Part shown: positions 1 through 11,547 of the stretch, piece by piece
Position numbering within the stretch: the first letter of the stretch is position 1
How the letters are laid out: each line of letters starts with the position of its first letter
Assembly (NCBI GenBank): GCA_012026655.1
Contig: JAAILG010001183.1
Span: 1 to 64,000, forward strand
Reading direction: 5' to 3'
DNA: 64,000 nt
Source: Hydrolagus affinis
Taxonomy: Eukaryota
The notes under the pieces: generated by a model
The model's input: the letters and a program-made list of their open reading frames with translations, nothing else
The model's database searches: none
Told to the model about the DNA's origin: nothing
Made by a program: the position numbers and the translations under genes

Positions 1-123
1 GTTGTTGTTGTATATTTCGTGAATGAAAAGTTTGACAAATAAGCTGCAGCTATTCTGCTAAATGAAGCTTTTTACAGAAAGCGTGACACTAAGTGACAGT
101 TCTTCCTTCTAAAAGCTACTTAC

Positions 124-294
124 TATTGTTAGGGTTATCTCCGATGATGTGATGTCGACCACTCCAATACCACAGCAGGAGTGTGGCATCACGGGAACCT
201 GACACAATATAGCAATCGCCACCAATGTAGGACTCCGATCTGGCCAGGCAAGTGACCACATCCCAGTGTCCAAACACGATTTGAGTCAATTTCC
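124..294 (-). CDS. NBEA: Neurobeachin exon, WD40 repeat ([57 protein letters not shown])
   Basis: Within ORF 116..328; gtccag| acceptor, A|gtaagt donor; 171 nt; GH...[13 protein letters not shown]40 pattern; gene continues past position 1. Confidence 0.96.
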
Positions 295-1731
295 CTGGAC
301 ATAATAATGAAATCAGATTTACAATCACCTACAGTCACTTTAGAAAATTAACTAAGCAAGCAAACTGGTGAAACAAAACTGATATTTTCCACTATTGCTC
401 AACATTTTGGATGTTACGTCCTTGGAGGCTAACAAACAATGGATTTTAAAGCTTTTTCTCTCGGTTACATTGCTGTTTTAATCATTCCATTTTAATCACA
501 ATTTTTAATCTTTAATTTCTTAAATAATAAATAACAGTAATTGCACAGTAAATGCCCACATTTGAGGCCAGTGGCATTGCTCAGTTCACTGGTGCCCTAA
601 TTTGAAAGTAATGGGATGGATTTAAATTCAATCTCCCACTAAGAGTTATCGCCAGACGCCATTCATGTGCATACTGGAAACCAGCCCAAAAACAGCTAGG
701 TTGGGAGCAGTTTGCCTGCTCTCAGATGAAGGATTTGCATGACCCAAATAAGCAGCGAGGAAAAAAATAACAGGTGAACATATTGTTAAATGAACAAAAC
801 AGGCACATTCAGCAAGTAATTCCACAGCAATGGAATTGGTCAGACACTTTCAAAATTCTGCAAAGGACCACAAATTTAAATTAACATTACAGAGAAGGAA
901 TATTCAACATAATAGCAGAATTGACTGGGATGTTTTAAAAGGAATTTGACAGATACTTGATAATTAGATTTGCTGAGATGTTTCTCAAGGCAGGATATCT
1001 TGGCAGGACAAAGTCAAGGCTCATATATAAAGGGTGGCCACCATAGCCACAACTTCAGGAACAGAGCGAAAGTGTAAAAAAAGTGGAAAGTACAGTAAAT
1101 ATACTAACTGGACCTTTAATCTGAGATTAATCCTTTAAGTATGTAAAGGATTGAATTTACATTTAGCCACTTAGTAAAATACCATCCCGCATTTTTAAAA
1201 CAAGTTTTGTTGTTTCATTTGATCTTTCTGAAATTTTGATTAGTTTTCAAATGTACAAATCATTTTTGTTTAATTTTCATTGCGAGTTAAGAAATCTTTC
1301 TTCTTTGGATTAAATAAATAGGAAATAAAAATAGCTTTAAATGCTGATGCAACACAAAATATATGTCAATTGCTCAAAATTTGCATTCTAGATTGTATAA
1401 AGGAAGAGCGAAGTTCCTGGAAAAGTATTCACAAATTTCAAAGAAAGATGATAATTGTATTCTGCTGTAAACAAATACAATATTGTTAATTAGGCTTTTA
1501 ACATGAATTGAAGATATAAGATTAGAAACACATTTACTACTGGAGTTTATTGCTGAAACAGAGAAGGGATAAAGAGATAGGAGATTCAAACAACACATCA
1601 GATTTACATCTATTCTGAAATGAACATTTGTTATTCCTTCTGTTTTCAAAATATAACCCTTCATTTTACAATTTCAATTATAACCCTTCAAAATGATTTT
1701 CAGCAATTTGTTAAGTGTTTCTACCACGTAC

Positions 1732-1887
1732 CTGTCTCTGTTGAATACACGCGGAAGCTTTTATCCCAGAAGCCACAAACAAGAATGTAGCGATTGTCTG
1801 CGGTCACAACGAAGCAGTGCGCATTAATTTGGATACTCTGATCCACGAGGTCCGTGATCTGCCTCTTGTTCACACCAGCATTATTGG
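1732..1887 (-). CDS. NBEA: Neurobeachin exon, WD40 region (ANNAGVNKRQITDLVDQSIQINAHCFVVTADNRYILVCGFWDKSFRVYSTET)
   Basis: Manual translation; attcgcag| acceptor, G|gtacgt donor; 156 nt. Confidence 0.95.
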
Positions 1888-2850
1888 CTGCGAATTGGGA
1901 TCAAACAAAAACAAATTCAAGTTCATGCTGAGCTCACACAGGCAAAAAGGTGCAATACCTTTGGGCCAGACACTTCTCAGCAAACCAATTGCTTTCACCT
2001 CTATTATCTGTTTAATCTGGGCCAACGCGCTATAAGAATTTAAAAGACTGCTGCTGAGAAGGGCCTTTTATCTATGATCTGTACAAACTTTTGCTCCTCC
2101 CAGTATATCAGGTTCTTTCAGTTCTCTTCACCTCTTTGAGTGAGGTTTATTTTACCTCCTTCTAGGAGCTTTTAAAAACAGAAAACTGAGGGACTCAAGA
2201 TAGAAGAAAAACAATTTGACACACAAGGCTAAACTTCTCAATGGCTTTCAAATGAAAATAAAGCAAGAGTAGTAGCCCATGTCTGCAAGACAGTTTGATT
2301 TAGTAACCTTTCAGTAGAACAATCATTCTGGGAGCTAAAGAAAACATGTCCTTCCATTGAAAGGGGCCTTGGAGTGACAGAAGCAGATACATGAACACAA
2401 AGGTACCACCAGGAAACCATATGTCATGAACTCAACATCAGAAGTGTTATAATATCCACTAGTTTCCAGAATATAACTTAATCATGGATAACAAACCGCA
2501 CAAAGTAATAATAATAAAAATAATTTTGCTTATTCTATAAATTACTAGATTAGGTCTGGTGCTGAAAGATATATTTTGTGCATTGAAGAAATTAAATACA
2601 TGACACTTTCTAAATGTTTCCTTAACCAGATATACAATATAAACACAATAATTGTTACCCTATTTCCCTTTCTTTCCAACAACTAAAAAGGGCTTCTCTA
2701 ACTGTTTCACAAAGCAGCTTTTGAGAACTGTTGTTGAATAAGTCTTTTGACAAATGCAACAGCATTTCACATCTCAAACTACTGTTTTTCTCTATTTTTA
2801 TTCCTGACAGGTCTACCCCTCCAAGACTATGTGAACATATATTAACATAT

Positions 2851-3422
2851 AATAATCCTTGCATTTGAAATAGTGCTTTTCATGTCTTCTAGACATCTCA
2901 ACGCACTTCACAGAATATACTGTAAAGCAGTGGTTCCCAACCTTTTTTTGCTGCAACCCTAAATTAGCCACAAACAGGATCTCCTGACCCTTAGGGGGCA
3001 ACTGTGCAACTGAAATGAAGCTCAGCCAACATGATATCTCCGTCTCTTTTGTGGACTCAGCGCAACTCGCTTGTATGGTCTTTCATACAAATTAGTCGCC
3101 GGTGTTGCCTCGGGCAATTTTCAGCATTAAAAAAAAAAAAAATTCTGATGTCCCTTTGCGACCCTACTGAGGACCCCCACGACCCTGATCTGGGTCAGGA
3201 CCCAAGGTTGGGAACCACTGCTGTAAAGTGAATTGACTGTATTTGTGAGCAACACGTGGCAGCCAATTATGCACAGCAGTGTCCCACAAACAGTCGTAGA
3301 TTGAAATGAGGAAGTTAATATTGTTTTTTTCTTGAGGGATTATTATTAGGCATGTGGAAGAAGGAAATTTTCCCAAGGAATTGAACCCAGGTCTCTCACT
3401 TGAACGGCAAGTGCTCTAACTT
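2851..3422 (-). mobile_element. tRNA-derived SINE (dominant family in this window), interrupted by a hAT-like MITE
   Basis: Shares (AAT)n-ccttgcatttgatatagcgc tail, gtcccacaaacagtc core and tRNA-like head with the other copies; boundaries approximate. Confidence 0.85.
2928..3220. mobile_element. Non-autonomous hAT (Charlie-like) MITE
   Basis: Perfect 17-bp TIR CAGTGGTTCCCAACCTT/AAGGTTGGGAACCACTG; perfect 8-bp TSD CTGTAAAG (2920-2927, 3221-3228). Confidence 0.9.
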
Positions 3423-3444
3423 GGAATCCATCTTGATTGATATG

Positions 3445-3792
3445 CAACAGCAAAATTACATTTGGAAGGATATCCCAAGGCACTGGACAGACAGTATTTT
3501 GAACCGGAGCTGTGAATCGGGATTTGGGAGGGTGGAGGGCATGGGGGGAAGGAGATTGATCAAAAACATGGTTGAAGAAGAGAATCTTGATGTGGGTCTT
3601 GAAGGAGGTAAGCGTTGAGGCCTGGTGGAGGGACTGTAAAATGGAGTTCCAGAGGGTAGGGACAGAGTGGCTTAAGGCAACCCGCCTATAAAGGGCAGGG
3701 GACATGAAGCAGGCCGAAGTCTGCTGAGAGGAGGGAATCGCTGGTAGTGGGTTAGGAGGTCGCAGAGGCCGGGAGGAGCGTGGCCATGGAGG
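3445..3792 (-). mobile_element. L2-clade LINE 3' fragment
   Basis: ORF 3346..3867 contains PTLWNS..SL....TLTSFKTHIK..FF, the L2 ORF2 C-terminus; (CAA)n tail shared with 47710 and 56385. Confidence 0.8.
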
Positions 3793-4084
3793 GCTATTAC
3801 TGCTTAAGTAGCTGCTTAAGCTCTGCATCTTCCAACTGGTAGAACCATTGTTTTCCCCAATCCTCAACTGAACTATAAATACACGTGTGAGATTCTAACA
3901 GCCCTCTTTCATAATATAATTATTTTGTAAAGAAATATGATGTTTTACACTATTCAAATGGTGTAGGGATGTTACAAGGGAGCTCACGTGTACAAATGAT
4001 TACATTCTTGTCCTTTTCTTAGAAGAACTTGACTTGCTTGGAGACTAAGATTTTGGTAGAAACAAATACTTATTCAATGGTAAC

Positions 4085-4450
4085 TGAGCAGAGAAGGTTA
4101 CGAGGAGACCTAATAGAGGTCTTCAAGATCATGAGGGATTCGACAAGGTAAACAAGGAAAAACTGACTCGTGGTCACAGGTTTAAAATAGTTTCAAAAAG
4201 AAGCAGAGGGGAGGTGAGGAGAAATTTTTTCACTCAGTGAGTTGTTCAAATCTGGAATGCATTGCCTGAAAAAGTGGTGGAGGCCGATTCGGTAACAACT
4301 TTTAAAAGAGAGGTAGACATTTATTTGGGGAGGAAGGGTTTGCGCGGTCACGGGGAGAGAGCTGGGATCGAATTGCTCTTTTCAAAGAGCCGGCACAGAC
4401 TCGATGGGCCGAATGGCCTCCTTTTGGACTGTAAGATTCTCCGATTCTAA
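4085..4450 (+). mobile_element. CR1-clade LINE 3' fragment
   Basis: RRLRGDLIEVFKIM..., WNALPEKVVEADSVTTFKREVD..L and 3' UTR atgggccgaatggcctcct. Confidence 0.85.
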
Positions 4451-5331
4451 CTACATGGATCAGTGTGGGTTTTAATTTCTAATACCAGGAATCATTTACA
4501 TTTTTTTTAATGGCAGTACTGGATTTATTTTTAAGATCATATCATTACTTTCATTAATATTGTGACATAGATACAGTAACCCAATCTCTTTGGAAATCAT
4601 GACTTTGCTAACTAAGATAAATCACAGAAAATTCTACCTCCAAAATAACAGCATTTTCATACCTGTATGCTTCAAATAAGGCAAAACGTATGTGTACAGG
4701 AAATTACACTTTTATTAGGTGTGTTTATTGCATTAATAGTTGCACTTTTACACACATTAGCTATTCTAGCTACAGAAAATGCAGAGTTTACAAACAGCCT
4801 ACATTCAGAACCTAGAGAAGAAAAAATAGCTGCACTGAACTCTGACATGACACTTGTAAATTTAAGCAATGCCACCTTGAAATAGGTCATTATCACCTTT
4901 GGTTTCCTTCACTTGCGATCAATAGCACATTATCTTTGCTCTTGACCCAGAAAAATCATGAAAAGCACATTTTTGTAACATACTATTTTACCCTTAATAT
5001 AGCCTTTATTCATCAGAGAACACAATGGAATTATGCTACTGTTTCTTTTCTGAGAAATTTATAATTTAACATAAAACCAACCTTTGTATCAAGAAAGGAA
5101 TATGTTCACGGGGTCAATTGTATTGTTTTCTTAAAGTACTGAAACTGTGCATCTATGTCTGAATATCCTGACACTATTTTTACTCATACTGATGGGAGTT
5201 ATCTGTAAATTCAATTTAATTATGAGGACCAGCTGGTATATGTTTGACTCGATGCCCTTAACAGACTGCAGTTAGAGAACAACAGTATAGCCCTAGTAAT
5301 CCCAATCTCAAGACAGATACAATGGATTTAC

Positions 5332-5403
5332 CAATCAATGGGTCCATTTCAATTGGCAAGTGATGGGCTTGTTCCAGAGAGTATCCTGGAGCTCCCCTAA
5401 GGC
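5332..5403 (-). CDS. NBEA: Neurobeachin exon (GLRGAPGYSLEQAHHLPIEMDPLI)
   Basis: ttttctttctctgcag| acceptor, G|gtaaat donor; 72 nt, phase 1/1. Confidence 0.93.
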
Positions 5404-5660
5404 CTGCAGAGAAAGAAAAAGAGAATGCCTCACAAATGACACCACTGCTTTAATGCACTTATACAATTTAACCCTTTCATCGCCACCTCTTACACCACTC
5501 AAAGTGCAGCCTGGGAAGAAGTGCATTATGCTTTACTACATTACTGAAATCACTGTGTATTTCTGTAGACAAAAACACCAACTTATTCTAGGGCAGTGAA
5601 TAATAATGTCAATTAATTTTTTTTTAGAATTCAACGTATTATGGTGAAAATAGCTTTCTA

Positions 5661-5958
5661 TAATAATAATCCTTGTACTTGAGATAGCGCCTTATCACGT
5701 CCTCAAGGTGTCTTAAAGCGCTTCACAGAATATACTGCAAAGTGAACTGACTGTATTTTGTTGGCAAAACGTGACAGCCAATTGGGCACAGCAGTGTACC
5801 ACAAATAGTCATAGATTGAGTGACCAAATTATTATTATTTTTTTTTTTTGAAGGGATTATTACCCCCTGAAAAGCTATCCATCAATCAACTAACAATGGA
5901 GTTTCCTACTTACTCAATAAACAGAGGTGTATGGAGTAAGAAAACTTGCCCAAGGTTT
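5661..5958 (-). mobile_element. tRNA-derived SINE, 5'-truncated
   Basis: Same tail and core as the other copies; boundaries approximate. Confidence 0.8.
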
Positions 5959-5978
5959 AACTATTTAATCATTAAATA

Positions 5979-6203
5979 CAGTAAAAGCTTGTTTATCCGT
6001 CACCCTCAGGACCTGGCCAATGCCGATTAAAGCACGTGCCGGATATTTGGCTGAAAACGCAATAAATAAATAAATAAATAAATAAATATTCTATGCATTT
6101 TTCTGGATCAATTCCGGTTAATTGAATGCGGACCTTTTTTTTTGCAATGCCGGTTATACGGAAGTTACGGTTGATTGGGTACTGGATAAACAGGCTTTTA
6201 CTG
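5979..6203. mobile_element. Tigger/pogo-like (Tc1-mariner superfamily) MITE, short form
   Basis: TA|CAGTAAAAGCTTGTTTATCC...GGATAAACAGGCTTTTACTG ~20-bp TIRs; related to 49237 and 52926. Confidence 0.85.
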
Positions 6204-7034
6204 TGCATATAATAATTGTAATTGTAACAAAATAAGTACCATTTTCATCTTGGGAGAACACTCTTCTACACTAATAATCATGAAATGTCTGTTAGTCTGT
6301 CCACCAATAAGGTAATAACCAATTGATGTAGAGACATGATTTATATTGTATCAGAAAGGTCTTGCATTGGGAAGTATTACGGGCATATTTTTGTTTTGGG
6401 GGGATGGGGGAGAACAATCGTTGATGAGCTATGACTTAAACGAGCTCATCACACATGTGTAGCAGTTTTGATTAAGGTGTACACAGTGTTTGTGGCATGT
6501 TGAATATTTTGTGAATGGTATCACTGAAATCTTTGAAATCAAACATTCCATATTTGAGATCCTTTTGGTTGTAAGTGTAAATACAACAGTTATAACTAGT
6601 TTATTTATTAACCAGAAAAATCTGTGTTTTATAAGTTTAATATTATTGCAAATAATGTTGTAGCTACCCGCCATATATATCGCATTAATCCATATCTTCT
6701 TGTTAGCATTGTGATGTTGTGATGCATTGTGATGGGGAAGGGTAGTTGAGAAAAAATAAATGAAAACTTGCTGTAATGTGAACATATACAGTAGTATATA
6801 GCCCCATTTACTTATTATTATATTTACAAAACAATAATCTCCCATATTTCATTGCTGAACAATTATTCAAGATTTTATTATTTAGTTGTTGAATGTTATG
6901 ATTTTTGATTTCACAGCCTTTAGAATCTTTTGAGATATCTAACACTCTGTGACATCCCATGATAGTTGATGTAATAGCAAATAGCATTTAGGTAGCAACT
7001 TTCATGTAGGAAATTGTCTCAATCTCTTCACAGA

Positions 7035-7560
7035 GATGGTGTGGGAGGGGGTGGAAGAAGGGAGGCGGAAGGTGAACAAATTGCAGTCAAAGAGATAGTT
7101 ATTTAAGAAGAGTTTTGAATGCAGACTGGGAGGATGTGGAATGTAGGGATTTGGGGAGAGATTTTCAGAAAATAGGAGCAAAGTGGACTGAAAGTTCACC
7201 TGCCAAAGGCTGGGTGAAGGGTTTGGGGGATATGAAGCAGGTCTGAATGGATGTGGATGGGGTACAGGAATGTGGGATGGAGCAAGGATGTGGAAGCATT
7301 TGAAAGTTAACATTGATATCAGTTCACATGAATAGGGAGCTAGTGGAACCTGGTGACGAGGGGCATGATAGGCTTGCAGTAAAAAGTAAATGTTATGTTC
7401 TGGATAATCTGGCATTCGTGGGGGGTTGAGCTAGGAAAGCTGATGAGGAAGGCAATGGCAGAGAAGTTTGACGAAGACAAAAATAAGGGTTTGGGCTGCA
7501 TTGCAGATAAGGTGGGAATCAAGATGAGCAATATTGGAAAGCTGGGTTGCATGAAAGGTT
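7035..7560 (-). mobile_element. Old degraded L2 LINE fragment
   Basis: Purine-rich + strand; remnants such as LTFKCFHILAPS in ORF 7002..7415. Confidence 0.55.
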
Positions 7561-8926
7561 TAAAGAAAACTTGAGTAACAATTTGCTTGCCTTTGATTTT
7601 GTCAACATTTAACTGAAGGAAGTATTTCAGTTGAATAACCTGTATTCCTGATGGATCCTTTATTAGCAGAAGTTATTTGCAATTGCTTTTCTACAGAATA
7701 TTTTTGAATGGATTGACAGCTTTGCAGAGAGGGGTAATTTTACAAATAATACAATACCAAGTAATAATTGCACAGTGAATAAATGTAGAAAAAATAGGTT
7801 GGCTGTTATTCCTGAGACGCTATGCATTTTAGAACATGCTGAGACAATACAGAACTTGGATCTGTATTCTACCAAAACAAATTACTCCTTTGGAAATAAA
7901 TAGCAGTCTAAAGAACAGCAATTTTTCCTTGCTGGTCTGAAAATCATTAACAAAAAAAGTAGATTTTTACTTTAATTCACTTTGCAATTTGGCACATACG
8001 TTGCACCTTAATGCATTTTTTTTTACGATTTAAAAAGCAAGAATGAGGGATTCTTCCCACTCTGCTCTTGTTAATCTGGCACACAAAAGCCCTGATGGTA
8101 AGGTAGTCCTAGCTGGAGAAATGTTGCGAAGCTTGCCAGATAGTCAGATGGCAAGCAATGGAGTCATAGTTGGTTAAATTGCAGCAGCACACCAACACAC
8201 ACTCTGGGGTTCCTAAATTTTTAAGATTGAAATTTACACCTAACACTCTCTGGAATTAAGTTAGCAGGGTATGTCTCTCCGGGGAGTGTGAGCATTTCAT
8301 GCCAGATACATGAACATTTTTCACATGTAGATAACGTGTATGTGTAGAACCCACAGTCTGATTTGGATACAGTTAAGCATGTTAATGGGTATGTGTATGT
8401 GTCAGACAACCGGCTGATCAACCAAAAATTGCTAATTTAGATGGCAGTGAAAGCAATATTTTGAAGGCTAGGTAAGTCAAGGAATTAAAGTAACTTTCAG
8501 GTTAGTGCAATTCTGGCACCGAGCCTTATAATAAATAATTTTACAGTATTCAATTACCACAAAATGACTTGACAAAGAAAAATTCAACTTTAAAATATAA
8601 GTCAAAGGTCACTATTCTCTGAAACAACAATTTCCATGTACAGTATACAGTGTAGGGAGAATATCTTAAAAGTGATTTACACAGATGCCTGGAAGCCCAA
8701 GTTAGGGGTGGACGAAGCTGAGAGGGATGGAAAACGGAAAGGTGAACGTTAGCCCAGACAAAAAGAAAGGTCAAAATCATGCAAAGAGCAAAGGTGTCTA
8801 CAAGTCTGTGACACAAACCATTGGAACATAACTCTATTGCACCACTGCTCATGGTCTAATTTTGAAAACTCATTACATTGAATGTAATGAAATTGAAATA
8901 GATTCAAAGAAGACATCTTCACTTAC

Positions 8927-9119
8927 CCACAGTGTTATGCCACCTATTCACTGCAAACAACCTGCTACAGGTCACAGTGACCACAGCAGGGGTGCTTAGA
9001 TGAGGCAGCGTATTGGCTGCCACATGGGTGACTGGGGAGTTGGATGGAAATTTTAGCACCATGATAACATCTTGCTGCATCTGATCCTTAAACATGAGTG
9101 GGCTCTGTGGAAGGAAACA
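8927..9119 (-). CDS. NBEA: Neurobeachin exon (CFLPQSPLMFKDQMQQDVIMVLKFPSNSPVTHVAANTLPHLSTPAVVTVTCSRLFAVNRWHNTV)
   Basis: Within ORF 8919..9227; ctcaacag| acceptor (second acceptor gives start at 9104), G|gtaagt donor; 193 nt; sequence fits NBEA rather than LRBA. Confidence 0.95.
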
Positions 9120-9594
9120 CTGTTGAGTAGAAACAAAGAGGAGAAAACAGAAGAGGGCAGAAGGGAAAACAATTAATGTGGAGGTACTGGAAAAGCAGGG
9201 ATAAAACAGTAGGTAAAGTATGTACATGCATCAGGAAAATATGCTACTACTTTGGTAAAACAAACAGAATCCACATCTAGGAAATCTAAAATTGGACTAG
9301 TATAATAGGATAGGTATAATGGGGTCCAAGTGGAGCTGGTATCATCAAGGTTTATCCAGGTGTTACAGAAAGGGTTTCATATAAAACAAACACAGCATAA
9401 AAACATCTCTGTTATCATTGTCAATTGCCAACAAAACAATGTACTGTACTCAAAAAACACTGTTAGTTCAATGTGTGTTTTTTTTTAGTAATAAACAACA
9501 ATAGCATTTACATTGCAAATTTCCATTCATACAAGTATAGAAGTGTAAGAGTGGTGAAGCCTGATGCTGGGAGGAGGATACAATAATAATAATT

Positions 9595-9820
9595 CTCCCA
9601 CAAATATACAGTCAATTCACTTCAGTGAAGCGCTTTGAGACAACTATAAGATGTAAAAATCGCTATATCAAGTGCAAGGAGTATCATTATTATTAATAAT
9701 TTGATATAGCACCTAATCACATCTTCAAGACATCTCAAACTGCTTCACAGAATATACTGTGAAGTGAATTGACTATATATTTTGTGGGCAAAACACAGCA
9801 GCCAATTGCGCACAGCAGAA
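9595..9820. mobile_element. Two SINE 3' fragments joined tail-to-tail
   Basis: cacaaatatacagtcaattcactt (+) followed by its reverse-complement counterpart after a shared (TTA/TAA)n junction near 9690. Confidence 0.75.
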
Positions 9821-11084
9821 ATAGATTTGGTAGTAAATGTACACATAGTAAACTTTATGTAATACTGTAAATTTCTAAAATATTTGTCAAACAATAAAAT
9901 ACAAAATATGTAAAAATGTTTTTCAGTTAGTTGGTGCAATTTTGCATTTGGTACAATTTGTTAAAATATTAAACACATCTAGCACTCTTAATGGACAAAT
10001 GATTCAAAAGGTAACCACAATGCTAATGAATACTCACTTTGAATCCGAATTAAATTATGAATCTACAAATCCTTTTATTCATTTGCCAATTCTGTGTGGT
10101 CTAAAACAAAGACTTGTCCAGTATCGCATGGCTTTTATACCAGAAACAACTATGGCTGTCATTCTCTCTCCTACTTGGCACATCCAAAGCATCAGTCATC
10201 CACAAACAAACCATGCCTCTGCTTCTCTGCTGTCTCTAATATTGACTGCTCTTAAACCAGGTATATTTGATCTAATATTAGGACAGTTTGAATCTTGGGT
10301 TATTCAACTGCAAAATGAAAATATAAGTAGTTTTTTTTGTTAATTGATCTTTAATAGGATTTGGAGCATGGTCGCAGGGAATGAAAAATGACGGTTTAAA
10401 CTGCGATTGGGGCCTCCTCTGTTTCCCTTGGGTGAAGAAGGAGGAGGGAACCAAAATGATTCGAAAGGCAATTCTTCAAACTTGACATTTAATCTATATA
10501 CATATAGATTACTTTTGTGACCAATTGTTCCTGAAACTGAGCAGTAGAGTTTAAGTATTGTATTGGCACACACATTATCTGTACGGTATACACAAAAATG
10601 CCTGATGTTATTGAAGTACAACCTGCAACTCAGCCCTGATTGATATTTGCTCTCAGATCTTGTCTTGTATATAGATGTCTGCTAGTCTCCATACAGGACT
10701 AGTGCAGAGAAAAATCAGGCATAATTCATCTTCACAATTTTATGTGCTAGAAATACCTACAGCATTAATCGCAATGAGCTAAAGACTCAAAACATCTATC
10801 TGCTAACTAAGTTAACAGTTCATTCCACTCTTTTTGTGCATGTGTTTTGGTATCTATCTTTAAATCTAATTCATGTACCTATATAAGAGACAACCTGGAC
10901 AGTTCTTAATAGAACAAAAAACCTTCATATCAAATCACTGTAGTTTTGAAGCTAGATTACTTCGAAAATTTGTAGCAACAATCATTTCACCCTGAAGAAC
11001 TGCTCCTTGTTTCTTTGTTGTAATTCTGCATCTCATTTTAAACCTGTTTAGGTAAAGTGGATTCCACCAAACATTATTTCTCAC

Positions 11085-11174
11085 CAGGTGCATGGCAGAG
11101 CTTCGAGGCGGATGTGGCTCAATAAGCAACTGGGATGGCATTTGTCCAAGATTCTGTATCTGCGCTTCCATGGC
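11085..11174 (-). CDS. NBEA: Neurobeachin exon, BEACH C-terminus ([30 protein letters not shown])
   Basis: Within ORF 10935..11216; ttttcttccccag| acceptor, CTG|gtgaga donor; 90 nt. Confidence 0.95.
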
Positions 11175-11484
11175 CTGGGGAAGAAAAGAATGATTGTCAT
11201 GATCAATATGCATCAAAGTGATGGGTCAATGCGCTGTTTGACAATGCAAGCACATCCCAGCTCAGCCAAGATTGCTGGAAATTCATAGCAAATGTGTTCC
11301 TCTTGCACTCTGTATATTCATTTAGATGTTAGATCTACCGGACATACTTTTCTTAAACATGCTGAGATTAATCACTCCATTACACTCACCTTTATAGGTT
11401 ACAAGTCAATGCAAAAAATGTTTACTCGTGGCAACATGCAGTAAAATCATAGACTACTGACACCAACGCTTTAAATTGAAATAC

Positions 11485-11547
11485 CTCCAGAAACTCTGCT
11501 GTAAGGAGAAAAGTATAGGGATCTCTAATGAAATAAGACTCTAGGAT
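11485..11547 (-). CDS. NBEA: Neurobeachin alternative cassette exon, 63 nt (ILESYFIRDPYTFLLTAEFLE)
   Basis: Pyrimidine tract ttttgtcttttcttaag|, GAG|gtattt donor; phase 0/0, no stop; resembles the 21-aa insert I recall in mammalian NBEA isoforms (IPEAYFIRDPHTFLLTKDFIK) at the same protein position. Confidence 0.82.
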
